Assembly: GCF_036321535.1 (NCBI RefSeq)
Contig: NC_087437.1
Location: 114,888,001-114,952,000, forward strand
Origin: Camelus dromedarius
Lineage: Eukaryota
Direction of reading: 5' to 3'
DNA: 64,000 nucleotides
The position numbers and the translations under genes were made by a program. The notes beneath the pieces are model-generated. The model ran no database searches, was not told the origin of the DNA, and saw only the letters and a list, made by a program, of their open reading frames with translations. Below are positions 26,087 to 39,079 of this stretch, in pieces (positions within the stretch are counted from its first letter, which is position 1; each line of letters starts with the position of its first letter).

Positions 26087-28192
26087 CTCCGGACCAGCAT
26101 CCACAGAGCAGTTGGGGAGCATCAGTGCGACGCCTGCTGTCTCAGTCAGATGCAGGATCCTGTCACTGATGTAGTGCCAGCCTCCACAAGACCCTCCAGG
26201 CAGGCTGCCATGGAACAGAAGGGCTTAAAGACCAAGTCAAGAGGCTCGAATCGCATGGTTTATTAAATCAACTCAGAACACACAGTAAGAGACAAGGAGA
26301 GAGATCTAGGATTGTTGACTCACAGTGCCGGTGGGGTGGAGGGACCACACACCTGAAGCCTAGGCTATGCAGTGCTCACATGTGCTCGCTGACTGCCGTG
26401 GCAGCCTTCCCCGCTGATGGTGTGGTTCTTGGGACCAGCCTATAATGGAACCAGGAGGCTCAGCAGAAGGCAGGTGCCCTTGATCTATTGAAGAATCGCA
26501 GAAGCAAGTGCACTGGCCACTAGCTGCAGCTCAACAGTTAGCCTGTTGAGTGGCTGTGGGTTTCACTTGCATTTTTCAGGCAGAGCACGTGTGGAACCAG
26601 AGTGGGTGGCACCAATGGATGGCCGAGTTAAGACCTCGTGAATGCCGAGTTCCTTGTGCGTATTTGCTTCCATCTCTTCCAACTCTGTTCAATGTTCAAA
26701 TGTTCGACTTTATCTATGACTAGCAGGCCTCACAAGCTAATTGCTTCTACCCACGGTTTCATCTCTCCTCCTTGTTCATTTCTCTTATTCTTCTCTAGCA
26801 AGATAGAAGAGCCTCAAACACAAGGATGAGCACACGTTGCAGAGTCCACGAGAGAGATGAAGGTTTGCCTCACACTTTAAAAAAGACTTTAACAAACATC
26901 ATTCTTACTTTACATACTTGTTGTTTCAAATAAATGCCCTGAATTAAAGATGAAGGAAAAGCAGTGGTTTTTAGTTTTATGCAGGTCAAACAAACAACTG
27001 GTTTGTTTCCAGTCCATACCAGAAGATGTGAATTTTTAAAAAATGAACCTCATCCTTGAGCCAAGTGAAGACCTTTTAGAAAGTGACACATTTTAACCAG
27101 AAGAATGGAAGGCACTGCGCAGAGGAAGGGAGAGGGCAGCAGAACGTGCGCTGAGTGCCTCGGGCTCCGCCAAGGATTCCCGATGGGCAGGAGGGATGGA
27201 TGCAGAGCGGGGATTGGAAGGAGAGCGAGGCAATGCAATAAATTTAAAGAAAGGGACAGATGCATGTGTAACTTATAAATCTCAGAAAAGATAAATAAAA
27301 GATTAGGAGTGAGGAATGGGGAGGCTGCGAGGTGTTATGTGAATGAATACATTGAGTGAAGAAAACATTTTGCAACAGGATTAGATGGAAAAATGCAACT
27401 TTCCCCCTTCAATCAAAAGAGGCAAGAACTCTCTGAGGAAATATATTCTGCTTGAGAGTGGCCATGGCAATTTTTCAGCAATAGAATCAGACATTTTGGG
27501 ATGAGAAAATCTAATAAATGGCCTCTGTCTCAACTTTCAGGAAGTAGGATGGAGAACAGAGCCCAAAGACAGGCATGATGCCCCAGAGGAGAGAGGATGA
27601 AGCCCAAATGAGCATCAGGCTGCGCTGAGGGTGGAGAATTTGCATGTCCAAGGTCAAGATCAATCTGCCAGTCCCTGCCTCGCTGCCGCACCAGGACTGG
27701 TTCCAAGAGGCAGCTCATCAGCCCGCCAGCTTGGACCACTGTCTCCACCCATGTTCACCAACGTGCTCCGCTTGGCCTCAGACCGGGAATTTGACACAAG
27801 TCCTACCTACGACAAACCGGCTGTAAGAAAAGGGTCTTAAATCCCAAGCAACGGAAGCTTCTCTTTACAGGATCTTCCATTATCTTAAAAATTAAACTCT
27901 TGGTAGTGACACAGCAAGAACTGCAGCTCAAGTCTCTTGTCCCCAGTCCCCCACGATGTCAAGATTGATGGCAGAACAGCTGGCCAAGGCCCTGAGTGAG
28001 TCGTCAGCTCGGCAGCAGCATCGGGAAGGATGCTAGGGCATCCTCCAACCACTGCTTGGTGATCCCCAAACTGGCTCAGTCTGCACAGGGCCGCCCTGCA
28101 GCCCCGTCCCAGCCCTCTTGTGCTTGGGGCCGAATTAAAAGTCTGAGCTAGGAAAAAATCAGTAAGTGAAACAGATAGAAGTCGTCAGTGGT

Positions 28193-28266
28193 GGGGGATG
28201 GTACAGCTCAGTGGTAGAGCGCATGCTTAGCACACACGAGGTCCTGGGTTCAATCCCCAGTGCCTC

Positions 28267-28327
<61 letters not shown>
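28193..28327 (+). mobile_element. tRNA-Ala-derived camelid SINE with (AAT)19 tail
   Basis: GGGGGATGGTACAGCTCAGTGGTAGAGCGCATGCTTAGCACACACGAGGTCCTGGGTTCAATCCCCAGTGCCTCCA; A-box and B-box recognisable; perfect AAT repeat 28271-28327. Confidence 0.92.
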
Positions 28328-28328
<1 letters not shown>

Positions 28329-28739
28329 TCTCATGAGGTTTCCCCTCCTGCCAAGGCTAAGCCTGGGAGGATGGTGGGGGATGCTGGGGTTGAGGGAAGG
28401 TAGAAGGAAACCCCTGCTACTAAGTGTGAGATGCAGGGAGAGCAGCCTCAGGGGTCCTGAACAGCCTCTGGGGGCTGGTCTGGCCACTCTTCACAGCGGC
28501 CCAGGAATCATCTAGGTATTTCCACAGACACATCACTCCAATCAGGGATGTGGCTGACAGACTAGGGAGGGCTGTGGGTGCCTAGGAGATGCAGGGCCTC
28601 ACTAGAAGTAGGGTGCCCCACCCCCTGATATCACCCCATAAGAGGTCCAGTGACACCTGGTTTTCACCATTCCTTCATCTTCTCTCCACCAAAGAAAATC
28701 TACCTCCTCCTGCTTCCAAGGGCCCACATGCTGGACGTC

Positions 28740-29071
28740 ACCACCCAGAAGGCTCCAGGGAGGAATCTTCGCCTGCCGCCTCTAGCTCCAGCTCTTTGCT
28801 GGCAATCCTCGGCATTGCTCAGGGCAGCATCACTCCATCTCTGCCTTGGTCATGACATCATCACATGGGGCTCTCCCTGTGTCTGTGCCTCTGGGTCCAC
28901 ATTTCCCTCTTCCCAAGGACACTGGTCATATTGGATGTCGGGCTCACGCTACTCCAGGATGACATTACCTTAATTTGATCACATCTTCAAAGACCCTATC
29001 TCCAAATCAGGCCACACCCCAAGGCTCCAGGTGGACATGAATTTTGAGAGGACCCTAGTCAACCCAGCACA
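28740..29071 (-). mobile_element. MaLR LTR, MLT1C-like, partial
   Basis: 'gcatcactccatctctgcct', 'aaggacactggtcatattggat', 'aaagaccctatctccaaatcaggccacac..ggtggacatgaatttt', ending 'cccagcaca'. Confidence 0.85.
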
Positions 29072-30430
29072 ATAACTTAACGGTAGAGAATGCCAGAACT
29101 TTTGACTGCATAGATGTGGCCAACTTGTATTTCAGTGTCCCATTTTCCTCCCCAAAGCACTCTGGAATGATCAGGGGTCTCCCGTTTCCATCCCATAAAT
29201 CTGGTCTAACACAGGCAGAGCTCAGCTTTCACATAAAGGAGTTTTCCAGAGCTATGACAGGCAAGGACATGCGTTAGCAGTGGCTGCTGGCCAGGCCAGG
29301 CCAGGCTGGGGGTGGCTCTGCAAAGCCCTGCAGGATTCCTTCCAGATGAAGGGCACCTTGGCATAATGCCTGTCTCTCTCTGCCCATCACTCACTTTCCT
29401 TCCTGATGGGTGTGCTTGGAAGGAGAAACAAGTCATGAACAGTGAGAGCTTTCGTTTTACTCTTAGGAGTGCACTGTACCTCTGTGGCGTGGGGTAGGGG
29501 GTACCCAGATCCATCACATACCCCCGCTAAATTTGGACTTCAGCATTAGGGAGCTTGTTTGCCCACAAATACAAGCCATATTCTCCTGGATCAGTTATAA
29601 AGGTGGTCTTTGGGACGCCTTAGTCCTTCGTGTCATTTCTCAGTTGGCTCAGAACGTGGGTAGGGCATTTATGGGCACCCCAGACAGAGACACACAGGGC
29701 TCACTCTGAACACCACTGAAATTCTCAGCACTTTACATACAGTCCATTCACTTCAGCCCTTAACATTGCCAAAAAATATAACTGACGCTGAAAAGGAAAG
29801 AATGCCCAACCCCCAGCTTGAACTCTCCATCAAAGGCCAATGAGGGCATTGATCTCACCCCGGCATTGTTACCCCACAATGGCTGGTATGCACTCCAAAT
29901 ATGGCAACAAAGGAGCCTGGCCAAGTCAGGGAAAGGAGTTTAAGTGAAAATCTTCCAAAGGCCAAAATCTCAAAGGAGAGGAAATAGCCGGCCACCTCCT
30001 GGGCTACAGTTCACCGGAACAGAGCCCAGTTCCACACACCAGGCTTCCATGATTATCTCTTTGCAGAAATGTACAAACACGGCCAGGGTACTCTGTGCCC
30101 GTGGAGAGACCTGGATCAATATGAGTAACAGGAGAATGAAGGAAAGGGAAAAGAAAAGATTTTATCAAGCCTATTTGCTTTAAAGATGCCTTAAAGACCT
30201 GCACAAACACACCTGCTTCTTTAGTGCCAGGAGGGAGCTGAGCAAACTTCTCTCCATTCAAAGAAAAGCCCAGAGAAAGAGACACTGCAGCCTCAGAGCC
30301 AGTCAGCCCAGGAGGCGCTCCCATCCCAGCAACAGAAATCCCAATCTTCTGATCAAATTTTTTTTTAAATGAGCCAGTGATTACTATATGATTAACAGGG
30401 CTCTGAATTAACCCTCCATCCCACCGGGAA

Positions 30431-30830
30431 CAGGATGCTGGCACTGTTTAACAACTGGATCCCTGCAGGGGAAAAGAACCCTGATTTGTAGCATCTGCCA
30501 ATTTCTGCGGTGTAAATACTCCCACAGTAGCTGATCTCAAGCCACCAGGGTGACTCACGGAAGGGGGAGTCAGAGCTGCGGCTGGTATACGGTGTTTCCC
30601 TCGTGCAGACACGATAGATGCAAACGATGTGTGTCAGCACAGGGAATAGTGAAACATATCAAAATAGGTGGGAAGTGATGCGTTTTGAGGATTTATTACC
30701 TTTGTTTTATTTAATTGTAAGCTTATATATTTGAATGTTTAATAATGAGTGTTTTATCAGCTCACAATATTCCCCCAAATTTTAAAAAAAATTGACTCAA
30801 GTTGGAACAAGTCATTTCAGCACATCACTG
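30431..30830. mobile_element. MER63(B)-like hAT DNA transposon
   Basis: 'tgtttaacaactgg..ccctgatttgtagcatctgccaatttctgcggtgtaaatactcccac' and terminal 'cagcacatcactg'. Confidence 0.8.
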
Positions 30831-30970
30831 CTTGGGAGCTTTTTGAAAATACCGAGACCCCACCCCCACCCCCACCCCTACAATTGCCCGAGGCCCACTG
30901 AGTCAGAATCCGCCCAATGGAACCACACATGCATATTTTAAAAAGCTCACCAGGGTGGTTCTGACTGGCA
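30831..30970. mobile_element. MER5-like hAT-Charlie MITE fragment
   Basis: 'gggagctttttgaaaatacc..cccactgagtcagaatc..gcatattttaaaaagctcaccagggtggttctga'. Confidence 0.65.
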
Positions 30971-31479
30971 TTCTCCGCTGACACCCTAAGCATCTCTACA
31001 TACAGGGACAATGAGGTTCAGAGGTTTAAATGTCCTGGCTGCTGGTTAACAATCGACCGAGCTGGGGAATGACCATGAGTGAGGTTTCCTCTCTCCCCCC
31101 ACGCCTTCACCCTTACCCCCTCTCCCCTAGTTATGTGCAATTTTTGATCTATCTTTGAAATATGGAGCCTTATATTAGCAGCAATATAGAAACATCTCAT
31201 TACTTTTTAATTATTTTAACAAGAGCAAAACTAAAGTTTACCTTTGGACCATCTATGATAAAAAGGAGTTAAGGAAATTCACAGATAAGGGAGACTAAAA
31301 GGTAACATCAATGTCCTGAAGAATCTTTTGAAACCAGCTTTGTATCTATTTTTATACAACCATTTGTGTGTTACTAACCAATGACGCTCCCCTACTCCCC
31401 CAGAGACGGCTGGCCGAGCTGGCAACGTTTAGTTAGTGGTTAGTTTATATTATTCTTTTTACTTAAAAGATGAAGTTAC

Positions 31480-31625
31480 TCTGGCTAGCAAGATTGCAGG
31501 TGATTTTTATTTTTCTATGATTTACTTTTCTATATTTTTCTAAATTTCCTTCAGCAAGCAGAATGTTGTAATGCCTGCATATACTTTTTAAGTGCCTTTG
31601 TAATCAAGGGAAAGTTGACATTATT
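31480..31625 (+). mobile_element. Ancient L1 (L1ME-like) 3' terminal fragment
   Basis: 'gattgcaggtgatttttatttttct..tatttttctaaatttcc..tttgtaatcaagggaaa'. Confidence 0.55.
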
Positions 31626-32735
31626 TTAAAAAAAGAAACAAAATCTATTCCTTTTTTTTTTTTGCATCCAGACTTTTCACCAATTCAGTCTGGCTTCTCC
31701 CCCATATATCCTGCAGAGAGCAATAAGAGGCTTTAACTGAGCCTGCAACTCTTAAACTTTCCTTTCAGGATTTTTCTTTACTCTTCCCCAGGAGTTGAGG
31801 ATAACCTCCTCCAAATTCTCACCCTACTCTGGGGCTGCGAGGTCCCCACATGACAGGATGCGGTTACCAGCAACAGATCCAGACCAATTTCTCTCTCCCC
31901 TACTGTTAGCTGAGAGAACATTGCACGACTAACCATGAACTCATCGCCCAAAAGTATGAAGTCTGAGTTTCGGTGGAAGCTGGTCCAGTTAAGCCGTGAA
32001 AAATCAGAACACATCTAAGCTAAGAATGAAGGCTGCTGATGCCAGCAGCACCCCTGTCCATCCTGAGAGGATGTCCCTGCCTTGTCCTGTCCCTGCAGAG
32101 GAAGGGGCTGGTAAGGAGGTGGTGACAGGGCTGGGATCTGAGTGTACAGGGCATTGGGTTCTGGACTGGGCTGGGCTGAACTTAGCTTTTCCTTAGAACA
32201 AGTGCACAACTTGTACCCTTTTCTCTTCCAGGTGAGCAGGGCTCCTTGAAAGCAATGTTCTTCTCACACCCCAGGCAGTGCTGGCCACACAGACCTTCAA
32301 CCCTTCTAAGCCACACTGGCTAAACCCCAATTCTAAGCCAGGCTCTCTGACACTGGATCTCCCTGTGAGGACGTCTCATCCAGTGGCAGGTTTCGCGCCA
32401 GGACTCCACGCCTGCAGAGGGGCTCCCGCAGGTGGCCACAGGGAGCAGCATGTCAGTGGCCTCTCTCTCCTCCTATTGGATGTGTGTTTGGAGGGAGTCA
32501 TGTGAACTCTTAGCACCTCAGTGGCCTCACTGGTGAGCAGGGGACAATGAGGCTCAGTCCACAGATCAGTGTGAGCATTCAGGGAGCTACTGAGTATGCA
32601 GAACTCTGCAGATGGGAAAGGCCACTCCAGTGCCCGAGACGGTCTCCACGTCTCCTTCCCTGCAGACCCCTCCTCTGAGTCCCTCAGTCCCTATGCTGGC
32701 ACCATCCATCATATCCATGATCTTGGTATCATCAG

Positions 32736-32856
32736 TAGGGCTACCAGATAAAAAATAGGACATCTAGTTAAATTTGAATTTTACACAAACAACAAATCAT
32801 TTTTAGCATAGGTATATCCCACGCAATCTTTTTATTTGCTAAATCTGGCACCCCTA
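32736..32856. mobile_element. MER53 MITE with internal deletion
   Basis: Ends TAGGGCTACCAGATA and AAATCTGGCACCCCTA; 'ggacatctagttaaatttgaattt' matches the MER53 left arm; most of the right arm is missing. Confidence 0.85.
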
Positions 32857-32979
32857 ATTTAAAGAGTCCATACTTCATGGGTTGGCTACCAAGTCTAATT
32901 CATTTATGCCCCACAGCTCTCCCTCCTCATCCCCAGCCTGGCACCTTGCCTGGCACTGACACAAAGTATCCAATAGACA

Positions 32980-33350
32980 CACGATCTCAACAGGGGTGGT
33001 ACTGCCCCCTAGGGGCTGTTTTGGAGATTGGAGGAGGCATTTTGATTGGCACCATCAGGGAGAGGGAGGCAGGAGGGGTCTTCCCCGCATCTAGGGGACG
33101 GGAGCCAGGGAACTGCCAGGCACAGAACAGTAGCTCTCAGCAAAAAACTGTCCCTTGTCCCACATGCCATTCATGTAAACGAAAACCTGCTTGTGAGTGT
33201 CTGAGCCTAGAAACTTAACTCCATAGGAACGTAAAGTGAATTTTGCACTATATTCTCCAGGAATGCCACTTGTGTGAATTGAGGGAAGACTGTATTTTGT
33301 TTTGTCTGCAACCAAGAGAGCTTCATAGTGTCAGGAATCATCAAATCTGT
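32980..33350. mobile_element. MER20B-like hAT-Charlie element, partial
   Basis: 'tctcaacagggg..tgccccctaggggctgttttgga', 'cattcatgtaaacgaaaacctg..tctgagcctagaaacttaactcc'. Confidence 0.75.
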
Positions 33351-34361
33351 GGTCTTGAGAGGGTCACAGCTCCCACAGTCGGGTTCTCACCTCTGCATTC
33401 ACGAAAAGTACACCTTTCTCACCTTCCCGTTCCTTCCTGGCTCTGTGTTTCTTGCCTCTTCCTTCTCTCCTTGTCCTCTCACCTTCCCTTTCTCTTGATC
33501 TTCTTTTGCCTCCTTCTTCCTCTCCCACCCCACGGCAGCTCCAATGTCATCTGTTCACCCCCATGGGTAGGAGGTTTAATTTAGTTATTGATAAGACACT
33601 CAGAACAGTGCATGGCCCATAGAAATGCTGCGGCATCTAGGTGTAATTAAATAGTTAATTTTTTAGAAGAAAAAGCATGAGACTGGGGTGTAAGGCCAAC
33701 ATACGATGCTCTTAAGGGGGTGGGGGGGCCAGCCCTGGAGGGTCACCTACTCAGCAGTGTGTCCTCCCTCCCTGAGGAGAGCAGAGCTACCCTGCAACCC
33801 TCCCTTTGCCTACAGGGTCGCTCTTCTTTACCCAGGCAGAGGGTAAAATCCTCAGAGACCCCCGGGCAGCTGTGGGTGGGACCCGTCCCGTCAGGCACCA
33901 AGCCTACTGGATGGACAGGGAGGAGAGTGTTTGGGGAAGATCCGTGGTCCACCTGGCCTGAGACTTTGGCACCAAGAGCCCATCTTCTGAGGCCACCCCA
34001 CCCTGGTGGCTGGGATTAAAATGCTGCGCATCTGTGCGGTCTCCCCTGGAGACATGACAGCTCTGAGGGGTCTTGGCCCCAGGTGCCCCGAGGCAGCCCT
34101 GGTGCCCTACTCATAACCCCCAATTCCATCCCGCATGTCCCGGCCAAGTCCACAACCATGTGCTGGCCTCTCAGGGCGGGGGCCTCCTCCAAACAGTCCG
34201 GCTGGGGAGTCTGCGGGGCTCTGCTCGTGGCTTCTTCCTTCTCTATTTCCATGGGAATCGACTGCATATTTCTTTTAGTCCATTCTCCTCGGGTAACCTC
34301 ACAGCCCAAGAAAATGCCTCATCTCTTTCCTGTACAGGTGATGCCTGCTCTTTACTGCCCC

Positions 34362-34536
34362 CAATAGGTAGCAAACTTTCCATAAGGAGCCAGACAGTGA
34401 GTATTTTTGGCTTTGTAGCCCACACAGGGGTCTCTGTCACAACTGTGAATGGTGTGGCTGTGTTCCAATAAAACTTTGTTGATAAAACAGGCTATGGGCC
34501 AGATGTGGCCCACAGGTCATAGTTTGCCAACGGCTG
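34362..34536. mobile_element. MER58A hAT-Charlie MITE
   Basis: 'gcaaactttccataaggagccagacagtgagtattttt', 'gtggctgtgttccaataaaacttt', 'ggcccacaggtcatagtttgccaac'. Confidence 0.9.
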
Positions 34537-37500
34537 GCCTCTGAGGTTAAGGAATCTAAAAGGGCAGGCGCTTTTCTGTTGGAATCCCTGCAGAGACCCC
34601 CAGCTTGGGCTCTTCCTAATTTCTGCACCCCAAGGAAGGTGGCTGGGCTTTATGCCACTCTGCCAGTCACAGTGGCCTCCAAGTCTCAAATGCTGGCAGG
34701 ACTGGCTGCTCCTCTTTCCCTGCGGGTTCCTGAGAGCACACTGCTGCTTGTTAAAAAATCCAGAACCTCCCTTAGTGAGTGAGCTCCTCTCTGATGTGCC
34801 TTTTATAAACTCTCAGGAACTGGCCCCGTTTGGAAAATGTTTTATTACTACCTCTTGCTGAGCAAATGCCAAGCCTGTGAAGATGAAGAGAGGGGAGATT
34901 CAGTTCCTTTTGCTTTAAAGAAAAAAAATAAAATCTCTTGCCTGGTGAGCTCCTGTGCTCACCGGCATTCTGCTGCCTTCTTCAGTGGCCCGATCAGGGA
35001 CAAGTGCCGGTGGCTAATACCAGTGACAAAAGAACCTATCGCTGGGAAGGAGACGGGGCATCTGGAGATCTTGTTATGACAAGAGGCAGTTCCAAACGCA
35101 AAGGATCCCTCGGGCTTTATTAATGTATTTTCTGACTGTCAGACAAAACAGCAGTGTTTCGAAGCCAAAGGAACACGGGGTCTCTTCCTAGATGATAGAT
35201 TACGTTTCCAAGAATGAGAGTTTCACTCTTGCTTTAATTTATCCGATGAACAAAGGTATGAACTTAGTGTTTTTCCCTCAGAGCAAAGATTCTTCAGAAC
35301 AGGATTTTTAAACTCCTTCAAGAGGCTTAGAGAGAGATTTTGCTCTGAGCTGAAGAGCGTATTTGCCATGCACCAAGCATGCCGGGTTTCTTCAGTAGGT
35401 GATGTACTGCTTTGAAGGCGAATGTGAAAAGTCTGGAAATGATGTTTCTAAAGGAACGCTGAACATAAGAAAAGGAGGAGAAGCGGGCAGGAAGAGGGAG
35501 GCAAGTTTTCACGTCCTACCTTCCTGTGTTCTTTTGGTTTTGAACCACGAAGCTCCAGTATCCAGACTGCCAGCCCCCGCCTCCCAAAAAGGTTAACTTA
35601 AAAACAGTGAGAATGACGCTGTTTATTGCATCTCCAATCCGGCTGGGTGCCTTGGCCACCCCCGCTGCCCGGCCAGGGGGCCTGTGGTCTTGCGGGCCTG
35701 CCGGGCTTGTTGTCGAGAAGCAGCGCCCCCGAGCTCTGGTTTTAAGACACTGCCTGGACCCATTACAGTAATGGGTACCGTGGAATTTTCAGAAACATCT
35801 GAGTTTATTTGTTGCTATATGGGTTAAACAGCACATCTAGAAGAGAAGCCAAGAGTTTCAGCAGGGATGTGTGGGCATCGAGGCGCTCTCCGAGCCTGGA
35901 GTCTCCAGGCCTGGGTTCCACCTGTAAAACGAGGAAGGATCACCAGCCTCGTGGAATTGTGCATTAAAGCCCCTTAGTAAACTGGCCTGTTCTCAGTAAA
36001 AGAAGCCAACACCAGCACTGCCTTGGAGGGAAGACCCCAGCGGAAGAGGCAGGCCATGCCCCTGTCCCCACCCCAACATCTCCTGCCTCCTTGGTTCCGG
36101 GCTCTCCTGCCAGGGTGGCCAGCCAGTTGTCAGCTCTGTGTCCTCTCACTCCCTAGGCCACCGCAGCCTGGGAACAAATGCCCTCCCCACCTACTCCCCC
36201 AATAACCAGCGCTCCACCCGGCCAATAGCACCCAGGATTCCTTCTCCTGGGGAAGCACCCTCACCTTTGCAGTGACTTTGGCTGCTGATCGGAGTGCCCC
36301 CCCAGACCAGGAGCTGGGCACAGGCGGGCAGAGCTGGCCCGTGGGAGCCTCTCTGGAAATCTGCATTTTCAACAGTAGGGCTCCAGCCCTACTGGTGGAA
36401 AATGTCTCTCCCCTTCCACCCCACATGGTTCCAGGCACCCACCAGCCCCTCTCCCACCTATGTGTAAGCCAGGCCCTTCCTCCGAGATGCCCCCCTTCTT
36501 TGTGAGGAAGGCTCTTCTCGCCCGTACTGATGCAGCTGGCCGGTTCCCTTCTTGGGGCACTGGCTCTGACCCCCCAGGAGGATGCCCCACTGAATGTGAA
36601 GCACTCGCCAACTCGAACTGCTTCCAGTTCGGGTGCACATCAGTCTCCCACTTCATTCCACATTCTAGGCGGCCTGGGGCCTCCGTTTCAGTGATCTTCG
36701 TACCCCAGCCTCTGGGACGTCGTCTGGCCTGTGGGCCCTAAAAACTGCTTTGAATGCGGAGGATTTAACGGGTGGCCTGTTCACTCACCAGAGGGCTTTA
36801 CCGAGAAAGACCACCAGACCCGGCAGCCTGGCAAACACGGCCTCCACCCCAGGCAGGAAATCCTCTCTGTGTGGTTGTGAAGGAGACAGCCGATCCCAGG
36901 GAACAGAGGCTGAGCCCACCCTGCTCCGAGTACATCCGGAAACTGGTAGGGATGAGTGCTAGGGACCCAACATCCTCCCTAGAAAGAAGCGTCTCCTAGG
37001 CGGGGCTCAGGGACCACCTGCGCACAGCACAGAGCCAGGCGTTAGAGGAAGCAATGGTCCTGGATACCTGTCCCATCGCTGTGCCCCCCTGCCTGGCCCT
37101 CACACTGAGTCCCACAGTGAGGGGTTGTAAGAAAACCCAAAGAGCTACCTGGTAGCACCAAGGGCCAGAGAAGGGACCCAGCCTGGCTTCTGCCACCCTA
37201 GCACCTTGGGGGTCCAGGGACTTCAAGGAGGGACACAAAAGGGACAGCTTCCAAACACACTCCCAGGACTTGACCCTTGGACACAGAGCTGCTGCCTTCC
37301 CAGCGGCTTCCCAGCCCTCCGCCCTGCAGAGGCCCCACCTGGGCCTCCCCGGAGCTGAGAGGGGCCGAGAGGGCTCTGTGTGGGCTCCCAGGCTCCCCAA
37401 CACCTCCACCCCCGGGAGCCGGCAGAGCCCAGGCCAATCTCCAGATGATTCCGGCAGAAACTCCATCACAGCCAACTGGTGCTTTGGAAACAGAGGGGCT

Positions 37501-38199
37501 TTTGACCTAATTATTCCCAATCGGTTGTCTCCATCGATCACATTCTCTTGATAATTGCTCAACTCTCCACTTCAGGTGGGGGCGCGGTTCTCATGGGGGA
37601 TGAATGGGGTGTGATGCTGAGAACCGTGCAACCCTGGCTTTCCACACACTGGGCCTTTGTGGAGGAGTGTTTTGTTTACCGCCATTAAAATGAAAGGAAC
37701 ACAACTGGGAGCCGATGGGGGCTGGTGGGGGGCAGAAGCCTCCTCTGGGAGGGAGCGGGCTGGCGTAAGTAAGCTGAGCTCGGGCCTGGCCCCCGGTGGG
37801 ACGCACAGCCATCTGGCCTGGACCCCACTCGCTCGGTCACTGGTGTTTGCAAACCTTGATCCTGTGCAGAACCCCGTTTGTGGTTCCCTCCTCAGCGAAA
37901 TTGGTCCTCTGCTTCCCAGGCCTGGCATTCGAGGCCCCCCCTCACTTCCTCTCCCAACCTCTCTGTTTCCTCTCCCACCAGCCCCCCCAAATTGATGGCC
38001 TGCCCCGTTCAAGCTCAGTCACTGTTTCTGGAAAGGACACTGAATTGCCCCCTCGGCCCCAGCCCCTTTGCCTTGGCCAGGGTATCCACCCGCCCGCCTC
38101 CTCCCGTGCAGTCCGCATGTGCTCTCTCCAGGTCTGTGCAGGGCCCTCTGTGGATGCTGGCCTGGCCCCCTCCAGCACCACTCTCTATCCTACTGGGTT

Positions 38200-38350
38200 C
38201 CACTTGTGTTTCCTTGGTGTCCCCTCTCTTCTGTCTCCTGGCTCCCAGCTGGCATGTGAATCCCAGGCCTTCCTGGTTCTGTCTAGGTCCCAGCACCCAG
38301 AGCACATCACACCCGTATGGAGCTCAATGCATACATTGGTTGGTTGATAA
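38200..38350 (+). mobile_element. L2 3' end
   Basis: 'gtcccagcacccagagcaca..gagctcaatgcatacattggttggttga'. Confidence 0.5.
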
Positions 38351-38871
38351 AATAATTGGGCAACAGATGTGTTTCAGTGGCATTAATCCCACTGATCCAG
38401 TCCCTTTAAAGAGCAGCCCAGGCCTTCCCTACTCCTCCTCTCTGACCTGCAGGGACTCTGACTTCAGGGCTCCCACACCACTGAGCCTCTGCCACCTGTG
38501 GGGCTCCCATAGCCAGCCTAGCAAGAGGCTTCAGAAGCGATCGTCAGCCTCACGGCAATGGTGTTTAAGTCCTCTATGCCAACAGCTCCATGGACGGCTG
38601 ACTCAGAAGGACGCTTTGAAAATCAAATGCAAACGAAATGAGTTGGGACTTACGGGAATGCTCGTCATCAAGCACAATGGAGGACTTGAACAGACCTCTC
38701 TTTTTCTCCACTTTTCCCCCAGAGTTACCAAAAATTGAACTGATTCGATATCCTGGTCAGTCCCTAATGCCAACCTCTCCCAAACGTGCATCCACAGCCC
38801 TAGGACGGGAGCTGGTGAGCTTCAGTGAACCTTATAACTTCTGTGTTACAAATTCGATGTTCCCCCTAAAT

Positions 38872-39079
38872 CTGTGGTTCTCGGCCAGGCAGGGGGGGAT
38901 CTCTGGACATTCGGCAATGCCTGGAAATACTTGTGGTTGTCACAACTGGGGGAAGGGTGCTACTGGCATTTAGTGGGTGGAGGTTAGGGTGCTACTAAGC
39001 ATCCTACAGTGTGCAGGACAGCCTCCCACTAAGAATTACCCAGCCCCAAATGTCAATAGTGCGGAGGGCGGGTGCCCTG
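38872..39079. mobile_element. MER20 hAT-Charlie MITE
   Basis: 'ggttgtcacaactggggg..tgctactggcatttagtgggtggagg', 'aagcatcctacagtgtgcaggacagcc', 'gccccaaatgtcaatagtgc'. Confidence 0.92.

Noticed and set aside
28193..28268. Apparent tRNA-Ala(AGC) gene
   Set aside because: Acceptor and anticodon stems are disrupted, it has a simple-repeat tail and three related dispersed copies exist in the window: a tRNA-derived SINE.
37796..38738. 286-aa and 183-aa + strand ORFs
   Set aside because: Non-ATG starts, P/S/L-rich composition typical of GC-rich noncoding DNA, overlap with an L2 remnant and no domain similarity.
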